Below are positions 47,896-59,936 of a stretch of 64,000 bases of DNA, piece after piece. The stretch covers positions 32,023-96,022 of the forward strand of contig JAIFNA010000002.1 of NCBI GenBank assembly GCA_020048055.1, read 5' to 3'. Positions within the stretch are counted from its first letter, which is position 1. The number at the start of each line of letters is the position of its first letter. Both the position numbers and the translations under genes were made by a program. Under the pieces are notes generated by a model. The model did not search any database and was not told the DNA's origin. It saw only the letters and a program-made list of their open reading frames with translations. This DNA is from Arcobacter sp. GTDB lineage: Bacteria; Campylobacterota; Campylobacteria; Campylobacterales; Arcobacteraceae.

Positions 47896-50625
47896 TTATA
47901 ATTTTATAACTGATAAATCTCTTTTTCTAAATGCTAAAGCGATTATTACAAAAACCATAGTAGTTACAATATATACCCATGTTGGGATTGGAACAGGATC
48001 ACCTGTTGCATAAGAGTGCATTCCACTTAAATAAAAATTTACCCCAAAATATGTCATCAAAATAGTACTAAATGCTAAAGTAGATGTAACCGCCAAAACA
48101 TAAGGACGATTTAGTTTTGGGATAAGTCTTAAATGTAAAACTATTGCATAAACAATAATCGCAACATAAGCCCAAGTTTCCTTAGGGTCCCAGCCCCAAT
48201 ATCTACCCCATGACTCATTTGCCCAAACTCCACCTAAAAAGTTCCCAACAATTAATGCTGAAAGCCCAATAATTAAAGATGCTTCATTTATCGCTGTTAT
48301 ATGTTTTATTGTTTTATCAATATGCGGTTTCGTATCGCTTCTAAAAATAAATAACACCAATGCCATAAGTCCAAGCATTCCACCAAGTGCTAAGAAACCG
48401 TATGAACCTGTAATAATCGATACATGGATAGTTAACCAGTAAGATTTAAGTACAGGCACAAGGTTTGTGATTTGTGGATCTATTCCACTTAGGTGCGCAG
48501 TGAACATAAATACAGCAGTCATAATAACAGCAGCACTTAAAGCCATTAGTGATTTTCTAAAGAAAATCAGCCCAGCAAACATAATACTCCAAGCAATATA
48601 AATAAGTGACTCATAAGTATTACTCCAAGGTGCGTGTCCACTTAAATACCATCTAAATCCCATACCAGCTGTTTGGATAATAAAGAAAACCAAAAGTATA
48701 CCAAATACAATATTATTCATCATTTTTGATTGTAAACTCTCTTTAAATACCGTTGCAAATGCAATGACCAAAAGGATTAAACCTAAAATCAAATATGCCA
48801 AAGTTAATCTTGGAAAAATATCTAATTGATTAAATAACAGTTCTGTTGTAATTTTTGTCTCGTCAGGATAAACTTCTGCTCCGAACTTTTGTTGATACAT
48901 TGTTACTAATTTTAAAGCTTTTGATGCATTTGTATAGTTACCCTCACCAACAGAATTTATAAAGTTTGAAGTTATCATATTTACTATATCTCTATCTTGT
49001 CCTTCAAGTGTTTTGATAGCTTGAATTGGACTAATCCAAAGATTATTTTGATCATTTAATTTTGGATATATTTTAAACATATCACTCCAAAATATCATAT
49101 AAACGATATTTAATCTCTCATCAACTCTTAAGGCATCTTTTTCAAAAGTTCCCCTTTGGTTTGGATCAATCTTATTTATATCTTCAAGAATTTGAGCCAT
49201 TTTATAACCCTCTGGGGTAAAAACTTCACTAAATGATACAAATTTTCTATCTTCAGAAACTCCTAAAAATTTCTTTAATTTTGGCGTATCAACTTTTATA
49301 ATTTTTATATCTTTCCAAACATCAGGATTTGTAAGCATTCCTAAAACTACTTGATTTGAATTCATACCTAAAAACTCATTTTGTCGTGTAAGTTTGTGTA
49401 AAATATCCCTTGAAAGGGTATCTATTGGCTTCATTCTCCCCATCTCTGCTTGAACAATTATTTTTGAAAACTCTTCAGCTAAAGGTTTGCTTTGCTCTTT
49501 AAAATCTTCAAGATATTTCACTGTGTCTTTTAGGTTTTCTTGAGGAACTTCAACAGCTTTAAGTTCACTCATTGTTCCAAAAATTGTTAACGCAATCAAC
49601 ATAACAACTGTTTGATTCCCTTTACTTATAAATCTTGTTAGTTTTGCAAACCTTGAGTCTTTATCAAAAAAATTCATCACCAAACCAATCAAAAGCATAA
49701 GATAACCGGCATAAGTTGGCCAATGCCCAATATCATGGTTTACGGATAACACAGTTCCTAGCTCATCTTGATCATACGAGCTTTGGAAAAATTTAAATCC
49801 ATCGTAATACAAAATATTATTCATATATATATGAAATGGAAATTGCTCTTTATTTACAGTATCAATCAATTCAACTTTACTTGAATAAGATGATGGAGCC
49901 ATACTTCCAGAATATCTTTCAAGTTCAAAATCATTTAATTTCAAATAAAAAGGTAAAGTCATAGGTTTTGAACCATACTCCAAAGATACTTTTGTCCCAT
50001 CTTTAAATGTAATATCTTTTACAACTCCAGTTCTCATACCTCTTTGACCAACTACTCTCTCTTTTACTGCTTCCCCTTTATAAGATGCTTCAAGTGTTAA
50101 AAGTCCCATTTTAGCTGTACCATTTTTAGCCAAAGTGTACTCAACAAAGTTTACAACAACATCACCATTTTTTGTAGGTACACTATATGAAAAAGGGGCA
50201 TTGCCAAATGCAGCTAACTCTTTTTCGTGATAATAAGTTTGTGTAGTATTATTTTCATAAGTTGTAATATGGATATATGGTTCAAGTGAAATCATCTGAT
50301 TTGTTGTTTCACCCTCTCTAATATTCATAATCCCCTCATACCCATAATATCTAGTCATACCAGCACCAATAAGCATTACAACAAATGATGAGTGAAAAAT
50401 AAATTTTGCTTTACTTTTAAACATATTCACTTTTGCCATTATACCAATTAGATTGAACACGGTAAGTGTTAAGATTAATTCATACCAAAAATGGTTATAA
50501 ACAAGAATTCTTGAAGTTGAACTGCCAAAATCATTTTCGATAAAAGTAGCAACACCAGCTCCAATAGCCAAAATAGATAACAAAACTATTGTCATCTTAG
50601 GTGAAAAAAATATTTTTGAGAACAT
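47896..50625 (-). CDS. ccsBA: System II cytochrome c synthase, fused CcsB(ResB)-CcsA (CcsBA)
   Basis: 909 aa. It has an N-terminal ResB-like region with a large periplasmic domain, a C-terminal CcsA with the Trp-rich WWD motif (WGRYWGWDPKETWA), and conserved His residues. Confidence 0.85.
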   Translation of the reverse strand: MFSKIFFSPKMTIVLLSILAIGAGVATFIENDFGSSTSRILVYNHFWYELILTLTVFNLIGIMAKVNMFKSKAKFIFHSSFVVMLIGAGMTRYYGYEGIMNIREGETTNQMISLEPYIHITTYENNTTQTYYHEKELAAFGNAPFSYSVPTKNGDVVVNFVEYTLAKNGTAKMGLLTLEASYKGEAVKERVVGQRGMRTGVVKDITFKDGTKVSLEYGSKPMTLPFYLKLNDFELERYSGSMAPSSYSSKVELIDTVNKEQFPFHIYMNNILYYDGFKFFQSSYDQDELGTVLSVNHDIGHWPTYAGYLMLLIGLVMNFFDKDSRFAKLTRFISKGNQTVVMLIALTIFGTMSELKAVEVPQENLKDTVKYLEDFKEQSKPLAEEFSKIIVQAEMGRMKPIDTLSRDILHKLTRQNEFLGMNSNQVVLGMLTNPDVWKDIKIIKVDTPKLKKFLGVSEDRKFVSFSEVFTPEGYKMAQILEDINKIDPNQRGTFEKDALRVDERLNIVYMIFWSDMFKIYPKLNDQNNLWISPIQAIKTLEGQDRDIVNMITSNFINSVGEGNYTNASKALKLVTMYQQKFGAEVYPDETKITTELLFNQLDIFPRLTLAYLILGLILLVIAFATVFKESLQSKMMNNIVFGILLVFFIIQTAGMGFRWYLSGHAPWSNTYESLIYIAWSIMFAGLIFFRKSLMALSAAVIMTAVFMFTAHLSGIDPQITNLVPVLKSYWLTIHVSIITGSYGFLALGGMLGLMALVLFIFRSDTKPHIDKTIKHITAINEASLIIGLSALIVGNFLGGVWANESWGRYWGWDPKETWAYVAIIVYAIVLHLRLIPKLNRPYVLAVTSTLAFSTILMTYFGVNFYLSGMHSYATGDPVPIPTWVYIVTTMVFVIIALAFRKRDLSVIKL

Positions 50626-50766
50626 AGATACCTTCTTTCTTTAAGTAGTCGCGGATTATAACTAATTTAAGTTTTTGTTTGTTTTACAAATAAATGTCTA
50701 GTAACAAAAGGTAAGTTTTGATTAATTAACTATCTTTGTTTAGATTTTTAAAGATATACAATATAT

Positions 50767-50785
50767 TTGTATAATAAATATACAA
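50767..50785 (+). promoter_or_regulatory. Extended -10-like element (tTGtATAAT) embedded in a 7-bp inverted repeat TTGTATA-N5-TATACAA, about 100 nt upstream of amt
   Basis: Read directly in the ccsBA/amt divergent intergenic region. Confidence 0.3.
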
Positions 50786-50886
50786 AGAAGGTATTCAATT
50801 CTTTTACACTTTTTGACATAATTTCCTTAATTGATTGACCGATTAAAAGTTTGGTTAAGAGATAACTTATAAAAAAAGGAAAGAAA

Positions 50887-52191
50887 ATGAAAACAAAAAC
50901 TTGGCTTTTAACACTTCTCCCTGCAATGGCATTTGCTGAGGATGTAGCAAAGATTGATACAGGAAATACTTCTTGGATGATGATTTCAACAGCACTAGTG
51001 CTTCTTATGACACCTGCTGGACTTGCACTATTTTATGGTGGTATGACTAGAAGTAAAAATTTACTTAATACTTATGCTATGGTATTTAGTGCATTTATTG
51101 TTGCATTTGTAGCTTGGATTGTAGCTGGTTACTCGGTGGCTTTTGGAAATGGTGGAGCTATGCAAAGCTTTATGGGAGGATTTGACAATATGTTCTTAAA
51201 CGGAATTGCATGGACAGATCTTATGCCTCAATCATATCCAACCTATGTCTTTGTAGTGTTTCAAGGTACTTTTGCTGCGATTACTGTTGCAATAGCAAGT
51301 GGTTCAGTTATTGAGAGAATGAAGTTTTCAACTTGGTTGATTTTTGTTGCTCTTTGGACAGTTGTTGTTTATGCGCCTATTGCACATATGGTTTGGGGTG
51401 GAGCTGGAGCTTACTTATTTGATGCTGGTGCATTAGATTTTGCTGGTGGTACAGTTGTACATATGAACGGTGGTTTGGCTGGACTTGTACTTGCAATATT
51501 AATAGGTAAAAGAAAAGACTTCCAAAAAGTTGCTATGAAACCTATGAGTATTATGTTGACAGCTTTAGGAGCATCATTGCTATGGTTTGGTTGGTTCGGA
51601 TTTAACGGTGGATCAGCATTTGGTGCAACTGAAATTGCTGGACTTGCATACCTTACAACTGCTTTAGCTCCATCTGTTGCTGCTATCACTTGGATGGTTC
51701 TTGAATATATCATATACAAAAAAGTAACTTTACTTGGAGCTGTTTCTGGTGTTGTTGCTGGACTTGTTGCTATTACACCTGCTGCTGGATTTGTTGATGT
51801 TAGCGGAGCATTTGCAATAGGATTTATCGGTTCATTAATAGCATTCTTTGGTGTAGTTACTTTAAAGAAAAAATTAGGATATGACGATTCACTTGATGCA
51901 TTTGGTGTTCACTTTTTAGCTGGACTTTGGGGTGCATTAGCTACTGCTATATTTGCTGTAAACGATAAAGCTTTACTTTGGGATGGACCACTAAAAGCAA
52001 CTGGAGACAGAATGGGACAATTTATGGTTCAATTAGAGTCTGTTGTGGTTGTTGGATTAGTTACATTAATTGGAACAATAGTTGTTTACTATATTGCTTC
52101 AGTATTAACAGGTGGTGGAAGAGTTGATGAAGAGACTGAAGCTCTTGGACTTGATGAAGCAACTCATGGTGAAAAATCACTTAACATATAA
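50887..52191 (+). CDS. amt: Ammonium transporter (Amt family) with signal peptide
   Basis: 11 TM helices, the Amt signature (DFAGGTVVHMNGGLAGL), and the twin-His pore residues. Confidence 0.9.
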   Translation: MKTKTWLLTLLPAMAFAEDVAKIDTGNTSWMMISTALVLLMTPAGLALFYGGMTRSKNLLNTYAMVFSAFIVAFVAWIVAGYSVAFGNGGAMQSFMGGFDNMFLNGIAWTDLMPQSYPTYVFVVFQGTFAAITVAIASGSVIERMKFSTWLIFVALWTVVVYAPIAHMVWGGAGAYLFDAGALDFAGGTVVHMNGGLAGLVLAILIGKRKDFQKVAMKPMSIMLTALGASLLWFGWFGFNGGSAFGATEIAGLAYLTTALAPSVAAITWMVLEYIIYKKVTLLGAVSGVVAGLVAITPAAGFVDVSGAFAIGFIGSLIAFFGVVTLKKKLGYDDSLDAFGVHFLAGLWGALATAIFAVNDKALLWDGPLKATGDRMGQFMVQLESVVVVGLVTLIGTIVVYYIASVLTGGGRVDEETEALGLDEATHGEKSLNI

Positions 52192-52316
52192 AAAGGTACA
52201 AACGACAATAACGTTTGTTTGAGGATTTGATTCTTTAGGTGGAATTTTCCACCTCTCTTCATAGCGTAGTCTTGTGGCAAACGAAGTGAAGTCAAAAAGA
52301 AGAGATTAAACACAAG

Positions 52317-52344
52317 GTTCCATTAAACAATGGAACATTTTTTA
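52317..52344 (+). terminator. Intrinsic-terminator-like hairpin (GTTCCATT-aaac-AATGGAAC + ATTTTTT) immediately 5' of the glnB ribosome-binding site
   Basis: 8-bp perfect stem followed by a run of 6 T. The glnB SD AAGGA and ATG (52355) follow within 10 nt. Confidence 0.45.
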
Positions 52345-52345
52345 A

Positions 52346-52693
<348 letters not shown>

Positions 52694-52723
52694 ACAATAC
52701 TAGATTAAAAAATAAAATACTTT

Positions 52724-52750
52724 AAAAAGTGGCCAAAAGCCACTTTTTTT
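52724..52750. terminator. Bidirectional rho-independent terminator after glnB
   Basis: AAAAAGTGGC-caaa-aGCCACTTTTTTT. Confidence 0.6.
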
Positions 52751-52839
52751 ATTTCAAATCAGAAATGTTTCATAATTTTTAATCATTATTAAATAGTTTT
52801 TCATATACTCTTGACCTACAAATTAGAAAAAGAGGCACG

Positions 52840-53976
52840 ATGAAAAAAAGAGACTTATATATCATCATCTACTCCCTAACTATTACAGTATCGATAATAT
52901 ATGCGATACAACCGATTCAGCCTTTACTAGCAAATGAATTTAAAATATCTATCACACAAGCATCACAATTTACAGGTATTGTTATGCTTTTTCTTGCAAT
53001 TTCACCAATTATTTATGGTTACGTACTAGAAAAAATAAGTGTCAAAAAAATGTTACTTGGATCACTTTTGATATTATTTGTAGCAAATTCTTTTTTGGGT
53101 TTTAGTTCAACTTATGAATCTTTTTTATTTTTTAGAACGGTAGAGGCTTTAGTTTTGCCTGCTATTTTAACATCACTTATGAGTATACTGGCAAATCTTG
53201 ATAAAAAAAATATTAAACTGAATATGTCAATTTATGTTGCTTCAACCGTATTTGGTGGACTTTTTGGAAGAATTTTTTCTGGGTATATTGCTACTAGCTT
53301 GTCTTATCATTTTGTGTTTTATCTTTTATCGTTTGGTGTTTTACTTTGCATATATTTTATCTACACTCTCTCTTATGAAGAGGAGCCAAAAATAATCAAA
53401 CCAAAACTTGCCGATATTGTAAACATACTAAAAGATAAAAGATTTTTCCTTATCTATTTTATGATGTTTACGCTCTATTTTGTTTTTGGTGGTGTTTTAA
53501 ATATTCTACCATTTCATGTAGTTGATATTATGCCAAAGGTAACAGAATTTGAGATCTCACTACTTTATTTTGGATATGCAATGGGGTTAATAGTTGCTCT
53601 AAATGCGACCAGAACCATTAAATTATTTAGAGGTGAACTTAACACAATAGTTGTTGGCTTAATACTATTTTTAACTGTAACGATATTTTTAGTTTTTGAA
53701 AATATTATTTTCATATTTTTTCTAATTTGTTTATTTTGTTTGAGCATGTTTATGGTTCATACAGTAAGCACTGGGATTATAAATACACTAAAAGAATCAC
53801 AAAAATCCTTAACTTCAGGAATTTATCTTGCATTTTATTACACAGGTGGCACACTTGGTTCAGTTATTCCAGCTATCATTTATGAAAAATTTGGATGGGA
53901 AATTTTAATGTATATCTTTGGAGGTATATTATCTTCTGTTTTGATGTTAGTTATTTTCAATCGAAAACTATTTTAA
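52840..53976 (+). CDS. MFS transporter
   Basis: 12 predicted TM helices and an MFS-like loop motif (GRIFSGYIA), 378 aa. Confidence 0.65.
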   Translation: MKKRDLYIIIYSLTITVSIIYAIQPIQPLLANEFKISITQASQFTGIVMLFLAISPIIYGYVLEKISVKKMLLGSLLILFVANSFLGFSSTYESFLFFRTVEALVLPAILTSLMSILANLDKKNIKLNMSIYVASTVFGGLFGRIFSGYIATSLSYHFVFYLLSFGVLLCIYFIYTLSYEEEPKIIKPKLADIVNILKDKRFFLIYFMMFTLYFVFGGVLNILPFHVVDIMPKVTEFEISLLYFGYAMGLIVALNATRTIKLFRGELNTIVVGLILFLTVTIFLVFENIIFIFFLICLFCLSMFMVHTVSTGIINTLKESQKSLTSGIYLAFYYTGGTLGSVIPAIIYEKFGWEILMYIFGGILSSVLMLVIFNRKLF

Positions 53977-54896
53977 AGGATATAAAAATATATCATCAAT
54001 GGAATATAAAATAGAGATAATAATGTTGATACAAATACCGCCATTGAGATTTTTTCAGGCTTTACATTAAGTAAGGTTGCTATTGTTACAGTGTTTCCCG
54101 CTAGTGGAACAATTGAGAAAATAAACATCAAAAAGTAATAATCTTTATTTAAAAAATTGATAAAGTTATAATCAAAATATATGAATACGCAAATAAGTAA
54201 TGGCCAAATTATAAATTTTATAAAAAGTGCATATGAGATAAATTTTATATCAAATGAGTTGTTTGTTTTCATCATCTCCATACCCATTCCAACAAGCATC
54301 ATCCCTAAAATAGCATAAGCTCCTTTTAAATAAAGCGCATAATCATTAAACATATCTGGCAATTTTGCCCCAAATAAATTTAATACCAAACCAAAAATAA
54401 AAGCATATAAAACTGGAAGCTTTAAAACTTTCAATAAACTATCTTTTGGGGAAAAATTTCCATTAGTTGTGATATAAAAACCAACTGTATTTTGATACAA
54501 AAGTGAAGCTAAAACAGTAAAAATAAAAACATCCACAATGCGAGGTTCTAAAAATAATATCGCCAAAGGAATCCCGATATTTCCAGTATTTCCTGTTGCT
54601 GTACTAAATGCTAAAAGATTTGCCGTGTTATCTTTGTAAACTCTTTTAAAATAATACAACGAACTAAACGCAACAATGGTACTAAGGAGAAAAAAGAAAA
54701 TTGGCAAAAATACAACTGATGGATCAAGTTTAACACTCAGTGTTGCATTAAAAATAATCAAAGGTGCCAAAATATAAAATAAAATCTTGGCGATCGTTTC
54801 TTTGTTGCAAGCCAATAGAGCAGTTGAGATAAATCCTAAAATAACACTAATATACAAAGGGATAATTTTCCCAAGTAGCGTTAAAAAGATACTCAT
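53973..54896 (-). CDS. AEC (auxin efflux carrier / malate permease-like) family transporter
   Basis: Two 5-TM halves, a start typical of PF03547 proteins (MSIFLTLLGKIIPLYISVILGF), 307 aa. Confidence 0.55.
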   Translation of the reverse strand: MSIFLTLLGKIIPLYISVILGFISTALLACNKETIAKILFYILAPLIIFNATLSVKLDPSVVFLPIFFFLLSTIVAFSSLYYFKRVYKDNTANLLAFSTATGNTGNIGIPLAILFLEPRIVDVFIFTVLASLLYQNTVGFYITTNGNFSPKDSLLKVLKLPVLYAFIFGLVLNLFGAKLPDMFNDYALYLKGAYAILGMMLVGMGMEMMKTNNSFDIKFISYALFIKFIIWPLLICVFIYFDYNFINFLNKDYYFLMFIFSIVPLAGNTVTIATLLNVKPEKISMAVFVSTLLSLFYIPLMIYFYIL

Positions 54897-54910
54897 CTAA
54901 AGCCTTATTT

Positions 54911-55591
54911 TTAAATTGGTAAATTGAATTTTTGCAGAGTAAATTCACCCTCATCATTATAAAAAACATAATACAAAAAATCTTTTTTAATAGATGTACC
55001 AATTAGATATTTTAGTGCTAAATTTGCTTGAATTGAAGCTATATTCATAACTATTGGACAAGCTATTCCATTTGGAACCCTCTCTTTAACATTAAAAACA
55101 CTCCCAAAGGTTGCTTTGTCAAAGAAACAAATTTGACCATGAAACTCCTCTACGCTTCCATAAATCCAAGGAATATTTTTATCTTTTGCGAAGCTATCAA
55201 TTGTAGCCCTTACTGGTAAATTATCTGTTGCATCGAGTATTAAATCAGGAACAATATCAAGTTTCATAAAATCTTCAAAACTCCCATCAATTGAATTAAC
55301 TTCAACAAAAGGTGAGCGAGAAACTACAAGCTCTTTTAAAACTTCACATTTCTTTTTCCCCTCATCGCTAACTTTAAAACCAATTTGACGGTGGATATTG
55401 TGAATTCCAACCTCATCAAAATCAACTAAAGTAATTTTCCCTATTCCACTACTTCCAAGTGCAATAGCTAAACTACAACCAAGTCCGCCACACCCAATAA
55501 TTACGATATGTTTAGTTTGCAATGATTGTTGAATTTCCAATCCCCAAAGTTTAATTTGTCTAGCAAAATATCTCTCCATCTCATTTTCCAT
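54911..55591 (-). CDS. thiF: ThiF/MoeB-family E1-like adenylyltransferase (short form, no rhodanese domain)
   Basis: Nucleotide-binding IIGCGGLGCSLAIALGSSGIGKITLVDFDEV and a CxxC-less short C-terminus, 226 aa. Confidence 0.65.
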   Translation of the reverse strand: MENEMERYFARQIKLWGLEIQQSLQTKHIVIIGCGGLGCSLAIALGSSGIGKITLVDFDEVGIHNIHRQIGFKVSDEGKKKCEVLKELVVSRSPFVEVNSIDGSFEDFMKLDIVPDLILDATDNLPVRATIDSFAKDKNIPWIYGSVEEFHGQICFFDKATFGSVFNVKERVPNGIACPIVMNIASIQANLALKYLIGTSIKKDFLYYVFYNDEGEFTLQKFNLPI

Positions 55592-55601
55592 AAAAAACCT
55601 T

Positions 55602-55880
55602 TTAACAATTCTCTTTATTTAATATCTCTTCATACTCAAATTTTGCATTATCGAGTAATTTTTGAGCCATCTCTATCTCCGCCATCCCTTTTTTATACGC
55701 TTCAACACTACCACTTAGGGTAATTTCTGGGTCAATTAGTTTATCGAGATACTTTTTTGCTTCAACTATTTTGTCTTCAAAATTGATATTTTCTAATTCA
55801 TTTGTATTGTCTAAATCTTCTACTTTTTTCTTTGCCATTTTATTATTTTCCTTTTGGTTTACTTCGTTTATTTTAGCCAT
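55602..55880 (-). CDS. xseB: Exodeoxyribonuclease VII small subunit with lysine-rich N-terminal extension
   Basis: INFEDKIVEAKKYLDKLIDPEITLSGSVEAYKKGMAEIEMAQKLLDNAKFEYEEI follows the XseB helix-hairpin consensus (sFEeaL.eLE.IV..LE.G.l.LEesl..ye.G..L...C...L..AE). Confidence 0.55.
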   Translation of the reverse strand: MAKINEVNQKENNKMAKKKVEDLDNTNELENINFEDKIVEAKKYLDKLIDPEITLSGSVEAYKKGMAEIEMAQKLLDNAKFEYEEILNKENC

Positions 55881-56015
55881 TTTTTACTGCAATCTTGAGA
55901 AAACCAAAATAGTTAAAAATTAATTTTTTCTTCTGTATCGAAATCAATTTTGTTAATTTCATTAGACTAAATAATAATTAAGATAACTTTCACTTCTAAA
56001 ATTAAAGGGGCTCAG

Positions 56016-56471
56016 ATGAACAAAATATTTGCAAAGAATGTAAAAAAGTTGCTTTTTGGACTATTAATAACTTCAAATATACTATTTGCGGACTTACTAA
56101 AAGTTGGTGATACAATCTTGGACACTTCGTACAAAAATCAATTTGATCAAACAATATCTATCTCAAAAGATACAAAAGAGTTGATTTTGGTTTTTTCTAA
56201 AGATGATGGAGAGAGGGTAAAAAACTTTCTCATTTCAAATCCAAATTATCTTCAAGGAAATAAAAGTATCTATTTTGCAGATATCAGTGGAGCGCCATCT
56301 TTAGTTACAAGTATGTTTATGAAGCCAAAATTTAAAAAATATCCATTTTCTATGGTTTTGATTGATGATGAGAAAGTAACTTCTAAATTTCCAAAAATGG
56401 AAAATAAAATCACAATTATAAGTGTAGAAAATCTAAAAATTAAAAAAATAGATTTTAAAACAAATTTATAA
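56016..56471 (+). CDS. Secreted hypothetical protein
   Basis: N-terminal signal peptide (KKLLFGLLITSNILFA). No recognisable motifs. Confidence 0.4.
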   Translation: MNKIFAKNVKKLLFGLLITSNILFADLLKVGDTILDTSYKNQFDQTISISKDTKELILVFSKDDGERVKNFLISNPNYLQGNKSIYFADISGAPSLVTSMFMKPKFKKYPFSMVLIDDEKVTSKFPKMENKITIISVENLKIKKIDFKTNL

Positions 56472-56476
56472 AAAAT

Positions 56477-56499
56477 TTTAGAGGCATAGCCTCTAAAAA
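56477..56499. terminator. Bidirectional terminator between the secreted hypothetical gene and ahpC
   Basis: TTTTAGAGGC-atag-GCCTCTAAAA perfect hairpin flanked by A/T runs. Confidence 0.6.
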
Positions 56500-56502
56500 T
56501 GT

Positions 56503-57207
56503 TTAGTTCATTATCTCTTCAACAGTGATATAATCTCCTACTCTTCCTGTCATTTTTTCTGAATCAGTATTTACAGGTAAAGTTCTTTTTCCTGGTCTCC
56601 AACCTGCTGGACAAACTTCCCCAGTTGCTGTTGCGTGTTGCCAAGCTCTTACTTGTCTTAAAAACTCGTGAACATTTCTACCAACCATCGGAGCTTGAAC
56701 CTCTTGAGCCACCACTGTTCCCTCTGGATTTATTAAAAATCTCCCTCTTAAAGCAACACCTTGCTCCTCAATCATTACACCAAAATCTCTACTAACTTTT
56801 CCAGTAGGATCTGCTCCAAGTGTAAGTTTTAAACCTTCTAATAATGGCTCTGTTTCAACAAATCTTTTGTGTGAAAATTTTGTATCAGTTGAAACAGCAA
56901 CTATCTCAACGCCAAGTTCAGTAAACTCATCATACTTAGCATTCATCGCTGCAATTTCTGTTGGACAAACAAATGTAAAATCAGCTGGATAAAAACAAAC
57001 TACAAGCCATTTACCCTCATAATTTTCACTTGCAACTGTTGTGTAATGCCCTGTTTTTGAATCATACGCATCCATACTAAATTTTGGTGCTTTTCTTAAT
57101 ACTAAACTTGAACTCATTTTATTTTCCCCTTTTGATATTGTCATCTCTTCATTTTGTGTTGAAACATTTTCTGCTTCGTCAATTGGTTTTGCTGTATCGC
57201 ATGCCAT
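56503..57207 (-). CDS. ahpC: Typical 2-Cys peroxiredoxin (AhpC/TsaA family). The alternative start at 57117 would remove a 30-aa N-terminal extension.
   Basis: Peroxidatic Cys in FYPADFTFVCPTEI and resolving Cys in GEVCPAGW. Both candidate starts have an SD (AAGGAG before 57207, AGGGGAAAA before 57117). The internal Met aligns with the N-terminus of Campylobacter/Helicobacter AhpC (M..TK.APDF). Confidence 0.8.
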   Translation of the reverse strand: MACDTAKPIDEAENVSTQNEEMTISKGENKMSSSLVLRKAPKFSMDAYDSKTGHYTTVASENYEGKWLVVCFYPADFTFVCPTEIAAMNAKYDEFTELGVEIVAVSTDTKFSHKRFVETEPLLEGLKLTLGADPTGKVSRDFGVMIEEQGVALRGRFLINPEGTVVAQEVQAPMVGRNVHEFLRQVRAWQHATATGEVCPAGWRPGKRTLPVNTDSEKMTGRVGDYITVEEIMN

Positions 57208-57314
57208 TTTGTACTCCTTTTTTAAAGTGAGAGAAGTATAACTAAAGGATAAAAATTATTATTTAGTAGAATATATTATAAGATATGGTTAATATTTTTA
57301 TAAGCTGAAAGAAT

Positions 57315-57343
57315 TTGTAAGCAATAAATCATTGCTTACAAAA
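57315..57343. terminator. Perfect 12-bp-arm palindrome TTTGTAAGCAAT-aaatc-ATTGCTTACAAA, 10 nt past the katG stop and about 110 nt upstream of ahpC
   Basis: Read directly. T-rich on the plus-strand side, moderately T-rich on the minus side. It could be a katG terminator and/or an operator for ahpC. Confidence 0.45.
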
Positions 57344-57353
57344 TTTTATTAGA

Positions 57354-59624
<2,271 letters not shown>

Positions 59625-59936
59625 TTATTAAAAATATTTTATATTATTATAAGAGTATGGTATGGTATGCAAATAGCAATATTTTACCGCCAAACAAACA
59701 TAACAAAAGAAAACAATCAATGAATAAAATCAACTAGGAATAATCAAAATTTAGTGGGAATAGTTGATTGTATCTTATTGAAAAACTATTTTTGAACTTT
59801 GTTATTAAAATAAATATCCTGTTTGTCAACCTATTAAAGTTAGCGATACAATTTGAATTAATTCATGTAAAAATCTAGACTACAAATCTGTCTCAATTTT
59901 GAAAGATATAAAATAAATACCATAGACAAAAACGCT

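Noticed and set aside
54911-55591. ThiF as part of a ubiquitin-like conjugation (E1/E2/Ubl) defence system with ThiS
   Set aside because: No E2-like or JAB/deubiquitinase gene is adjacent to either thiS or thiF, and the two genes are 35 kb apart. It is more parsimonious as a dispersed thiamine/molybdopterin sulfur-carrier pair.
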